Positions 59,500 to 64,000 of a DNA stretch of 64,000 nt are shown here, piece after piece. A program made the translations under genes and the position numbers. Below the pieces are notes generated by a model. That model had not been told where the DNA came from. It saw nothing but the letters and a program-made list of their open reading frames with translations, and made no database searches. The stretch is from Guillardia theta CCMP2712 (lineage: Eukaryota; Protista; Cryptophyta), in contig NW_005434659.1 of NCBI RefSeq assembly GCF_000315625.1, positions 280,494 to 344,493 on the forward strand, in the 5' to 3' direction. The first letter of the stretch is position 1. The number at the start of each line of letters is the position of its first letter.

Positions 59500-61470
59500 G
59501 GACCATGGCCCTACGAATACGTACCCACCCCCTTTCTGTTTCTCCCATCACTAAAACATTGTACTATGTCTAAGATGTATTTTTATGGTCCTCGCACGAT
59601 GTACCCCCCCTTCTGGTACTGATCTCGATTGTGAGATACCGGTACCTTGTGCAATCTCAGATGTGAGATCGCACTGTTTCATGACCATCCCAGTCCCTGA
59701 GCACGAATAGCTGAGGTTTTGACGGAACCCTCCGGTGGTCTTAGATACATATCCGTTCCTTCATCAGTACCCCTACTATTTCCTCGCACTTTTTCACCTT
59801 CACCCTACCTCCTCGTGCCAATGGATGACTACCCCTATCCCCACCCTTCTTGAAGCTCTTTCGGAACATTTCCTTTCTACGCAGAAAATTCATTTTTTCC
59901 CTCTGAGGGTGGTTGTGGTGAGGTGGGGTATATGGGTAGGTCTTTGGGTAGGGTGGGCGGGTTTTGTTCTACACCTTCACGTTGTGAGGAGAAGTGTAGC
60001 CCTTTCCCATCACCCCCTCGAACAATGCCCTACCCCTATGGACCACCCCTTCTCCTCCGGTATCCATTTTCCGCTCGCTAATCCATTATTCGACTTTAAA
60101 AGTCTTATTTAGTTCCAAACAGAACTTGGCTACAAACATTAGTTTAAAAGCAGTGGCAGGTCACTGAAAAAGGCTTCTGTTATCCATAGACTTTTTTGTT
60201 GGAAATATACTGCAAATCCTCCAAGTTCTACAGATCTCCCATAAATCCCTGGAATCTCCTCAGTTTACTATAAATTCCCTTTACCAGTACCAAAAAATTG
60301 AAGAGGACATGACAGAAAAAACACATCATCAGGACTATGCCGCTCAATTGCAAACTCGTTGTGAGGGTCATATTTACCCCCTTTCCTCCAAATCACGATT
60401 GGGAAAATAGGGGTGGTTGTGATGGGTGTTAAAAAGGTGTGCCCCATCGTTAATCCGTCTACGGACGGAAAGGGGGTGGGGTAGACTAGAATGGGTGCTA
60501 AAACAAAGGGCCAATCATGGGCCAAGACCCGGTGGATTCACAGACCAGGACATCGAGCAGGGGTAGTAAAAGTCGAGGTCTCCAGCCCTGAGAAAGAGTG
60601 ATTTCAGGTCCTTCGTACTAGGTGTTTTAAGATTAAAAACATGTTTATATCAAACATACCAAACGTCGAGGTTTAGGGGGAACGATCGGGGGAGAATCTC
60701 CAACGTTTGTGGTTCCTTGGTACTAACTGAATTTCTTTCTTTTTTATTTTTCTTTTTTCTTGCCAAAAAAATATTGCTGACGAATAAAATGCAAATTGAC
60801 CCACCCTTCGCTATCCAGATTGTACCCGTACCCCTGTATGTTTGTGAACAGAAATTTACCCCTACCCCCGTATCTCCCACAGAAAGACCCTGCTTATGCC
60901 CCAATCACGAGATGGAATCAAGACCCCACCAGTTCGATTAGAGCCCCCTCTGCACCCACCCTTGCTACAAAGGTACCCCCACCATCAAACGCCCATTACG
61001 TTACCTCGTGATCGACACACACCGGTCCTTTTTACATGGAGTACCCATCCATATTGAGATCTGAAGCGATTCTGATACCCCTGCAGGGGTACAGAGTAGG
61101 TGGGTGGGGTCCTTGGGTTGTATCTTCATAGGAGAATAAAACTATAGTTATTAACGGGGTTTATGGGTGGGGAATCTTGGGGTGTGTATCACCAGGGGGT
61201 GGATAATAGTACCGGTCATTCAAAACAGTCAAGAGGTAAGGTCAACCCGTGCTTTTAAGGGTATAATGACCCCTCACCTCCCACTTCCGTCCAGTGGGAG
61301 CATCTCAGACCCTAGTGATAATACAACCCCTACCCTATAGCCCTTGACATGTAGTCACTACCCCTACCCCAGTATAATGATGCCAGTGTTCCTTTTAGGA
61401 ACCTCACCTGACCCCCGTCGCTCTACACGCTACTGCTATTGGCCATACCACCCACCCCACCCCTGACCAG
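59500..61470. repeat. TACCCC/GGGGTA-rich non-coding block
   Basis: Many TACCC(C) and GGG(G)TA/GGGTGGG words on both strands. No credible ORF. Confidence 0.55.
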
Positions 61471-61862
61471 GAGAAAAATGTTTAAAAGATTTATAATCAG
61501 GCTGCGGTCGGAGGGCATGCAGAGGGTAAAGCAGAAAGGAGAACAGTGGCTGAAAAAATGTTGCATGATATAAGGAAGGGATGGGAATGGGCGAATGATG
61601 GATGTTTGATGTTTGATCTATGAACATGCTGAGCCTGAGGAGAATAGAGGAAAGGGAGAGTTTTCGGAAGAGGATCCTGTTGAGCTATCAAATTGCGGAT
61701 TCGTTGGGGATCTTTGATAGGAGCTGAACTTCGTTACTGTATGTAGTCTGAGAGACTTTCATTGAAAACTTGTATTGCTATCGAAGTGATATTTCCTGAT
61801 ATTCTTCCCGTTTTCTTTAGGATTCATTAGCAAACGCCTTAATGACGTGCCACGTTCAAAGC

Positions 61863-63338
61863 ATGTCTCCATGCTCGCCTTCATCGACCTCGACGATACC
61901 AGCGTATGATTCAGACAGTGCAGGAACAGATAGATCGAATCAGAACACTGGAGCAATGATGCAGAAACACAATTCATCGGGAGCGACTGACACGACATGC
62001 ACTCTTGACCCGATCCAAGACTCTGGCTTCCATGGTATCAAGGAGTTCCCTGGTTCAATGGTGAAAAGCATCGACAAAGCGACGAAACCCAAGGAAAGTT
62101 ACAATAAGACTCAGATTTCGAAGCAACCAAGGATGTGCGCATATGAGCATTGCCCTTCTCCCATGCATTCAAACAAGTGGAGGGTGGTCACCCCTCAAAC
62201 GAGTGCAGGAGGCAGAGACTGGCTTCCTCTTCTGGGGATGACGTTGTGTGATTCTTGCTACTCAACCTACCGAAAGCATGCAACGTAAGCGTCCATATCT
62301 CTGCACTTCTCTGCTTCCTTGATCTCACTCCTCTGCAGATTTGTTCGATCCGTGCGCACAGCGGAGGGATGGGCTCGGTTCGATCGGGAGACCAAAGAAC
62401 ACGTGTTGAACAAGCCACGAAGTGGAAATGTGAAGCGCCTCAGAAACTTCGAGCCGGATCAAGACTCGCCGATCCGAAAGAGAGCGAAGTCAATGCGCAA
62501 GAATGATGCCTGGAAGGAGGTGACTGGAAATGCTGTGAAAAAGATTTTCATGTACGTTCTGACGATGCGAGCAGAGCAAAGAGGCGATGATGTACTCTGC
62601 ATCGGATGAAAAAGAGGACGAGAGGATCGATCGTCCAAGTCGTGCACGAAAGCCTAGTGCAAAGCTAAGAGATGCTTTGAGGTGATGTTGCCTCGATCTG
62701 TCCTTGATCGCTGAGATCATTCCTTCAGTACAATCGATACAGCGTCGAAATCGGAGCGGAAATCTATCTTGCAAGCGAAGGTAAATGATTTTACTTGTTG
62801 GCGCATCAAGATCTCACTTCTCCAATCAGAGATCATTGGATTCCGGTAGCATGCCATGTTCAGATTCTCGACGAATGTCTTACACCTTGTACTTTCAAGC
62901 TGTTTGGTTCTTTGCTTCCTCACTTCTTGTAACAGGTTGGACCGTGAAGATATTTCCTACGATGCTTACAACTCAATGATGGGACTTGACGGTCAGCAAG
63001 AGCTCTCAAACAACGAGACGGAGGCGTGGTCTCCAGATGACGTAGGGAGTTTCTTTGCTGCGGTTCTGCGACTTACAAAGTCGCAGTTGCTGGAAGAATC
63101 ATCAGAGGGAAACGAAGTCCTTCTATATCAAGATTACGAGGCCGTCATGGACAACATGTGCAACTTAGTTGGGTATGTCATGAGCAAGTCCTGGGATCTC
63201 TCCGCTGACCAGCTCGCAGCTCCTACTGCGAGTCGCCGCTACTTCTCGAGGGCGATCTCGCGTGAGGTCGAGAAAGAGGTCGAGCTCTGTAACCTAGCGA
63301 AGCATATGCTCTCGTGTATCATTATACAAGTTTCCTGA
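61863..63338 (+). CDS. GATA-like C4 zinc-finger protein; multi-exon
   Basis: CAYEHC...SNKWR...GMTLCDSCYSTYRKH resembles GATA CxxC..WR..LCNAC..Y.K, followed by a basic region RKRAKS. Confidence 0.6.
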
Positions 63339-63421
63339 TCTCTCTTAAATGAAGATTCATAATGGTTCCCAAAGTTTCCAGAGGTTCTCGCTCCCAGTAC
63401 TTTGGACGGCCCGCTGGCCCA

Positions 63422-63750
63422 TCATGGGGCCCATGAAGCTTGAAGAAGCTGCTGCATCCTTGTCCTAAGGCTGTCCTCCTCTCCTCTCATACCACCCATG
63501 GGATTTGCTGTGCGCGGCGGTGAGCTGAACTGAGAAGAGGGAGGAAGAGCAGCGCTGAGGGACATAGGTCGATGGTCCAGCGGAGAGGCGATGGTCTGGC
63601 AGCATGATCAGCAGGCGTTGGGTGACGGAGCAGCAGCACCTGTCGTAGGATGCGGAGCTGGTGGACGGTAAGCGAGATCCTCCGAGCCTCCAATAGGTTT
63701 TCCCACCAGCACTTGAAGGACCTGGCGAGGATCCTGTAGACCGTGAGGTC
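63422..63750 (-). CDS. 3' end of a gene extending beyond the window
   Basis: Exon-like LTVYRILARSFKCWWENLLEARRISL following an SSR-rich intron-like tract. Stop position uncertain. Confidence 0.35.
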
Positions 63751-63880
63751 CCATGACCACAGGAGTAGGCGAAGGAGCAGGAGGACTTCGAGTCAGGGGA
63801 AGGGGGGAAGAGGGGAGGGAGGGAGGGGGGAAAAGAGAGACAGAGACAGTTGCAGAGAGGGAGAGGGAGAGAGGGAGAGG

Positions 63881-63915
<35 letters not shown>

Positions 63916-64000
63916 CCTGGCTGGGAGGGAGGGAGGGAGGGAGGGAGGGAGGGAGGGAGGGAGGGAGAGAGAGAGGGAGAGAGTGAGTGAGTGAAGAGCA

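Overview
This is eukaryotic nuclear DNA, gene-dense, with very short (mostly ~40-60 nt) GT-AG introns, many microsatellites and two 100-N scaffold gaps. The style suggests a flagellated alga, probably a cryptophyte (Guillardia-like); this is inference only. Recognisable genes, most assembled by hand across introns: a NudC/CS-domain co-chaperone with a signal peptide, an intronless ~2000-aa membrane protein with a TRP/FLC-like C-terminus, an Orai/CRAC-channel homologue missed by the ORF track, PHF5A, a GT32 DXD glycosyltransferase, a Cid1/URT1-type terminal nucleotidyltransferase, dynein intermediate chain WDR63/IC140, thioredoxin, an M13 neprilysin-like peptidase, an RWP-RK factor, a TPR+EF-hand protein, SPCS1, an SH3BGR-like protein and a GATA-like zinc finger. 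The intergenic DNA is structured: (i) a dispersed ~280-bp TIR element (MITE-like) at 4 loci, (ii) CpG-rich blocks made of short palindromic words and micro-duplications, and (iii) GGGGTA/TACCCC-rich blocks. Types ii and iii sit mostly near gene 5' ends and are largest at 57.6-61.5 kb. Best leads: this intergenic sequence system, an Orai with Asn at the selectivity-filter Glu position, duplicated ~50-aa micro-ORFs around the MITE, a near-perfect 75-nt hairpin, and a signal peptide + LRGG presequence on a normally cytosolic co-chaperone.
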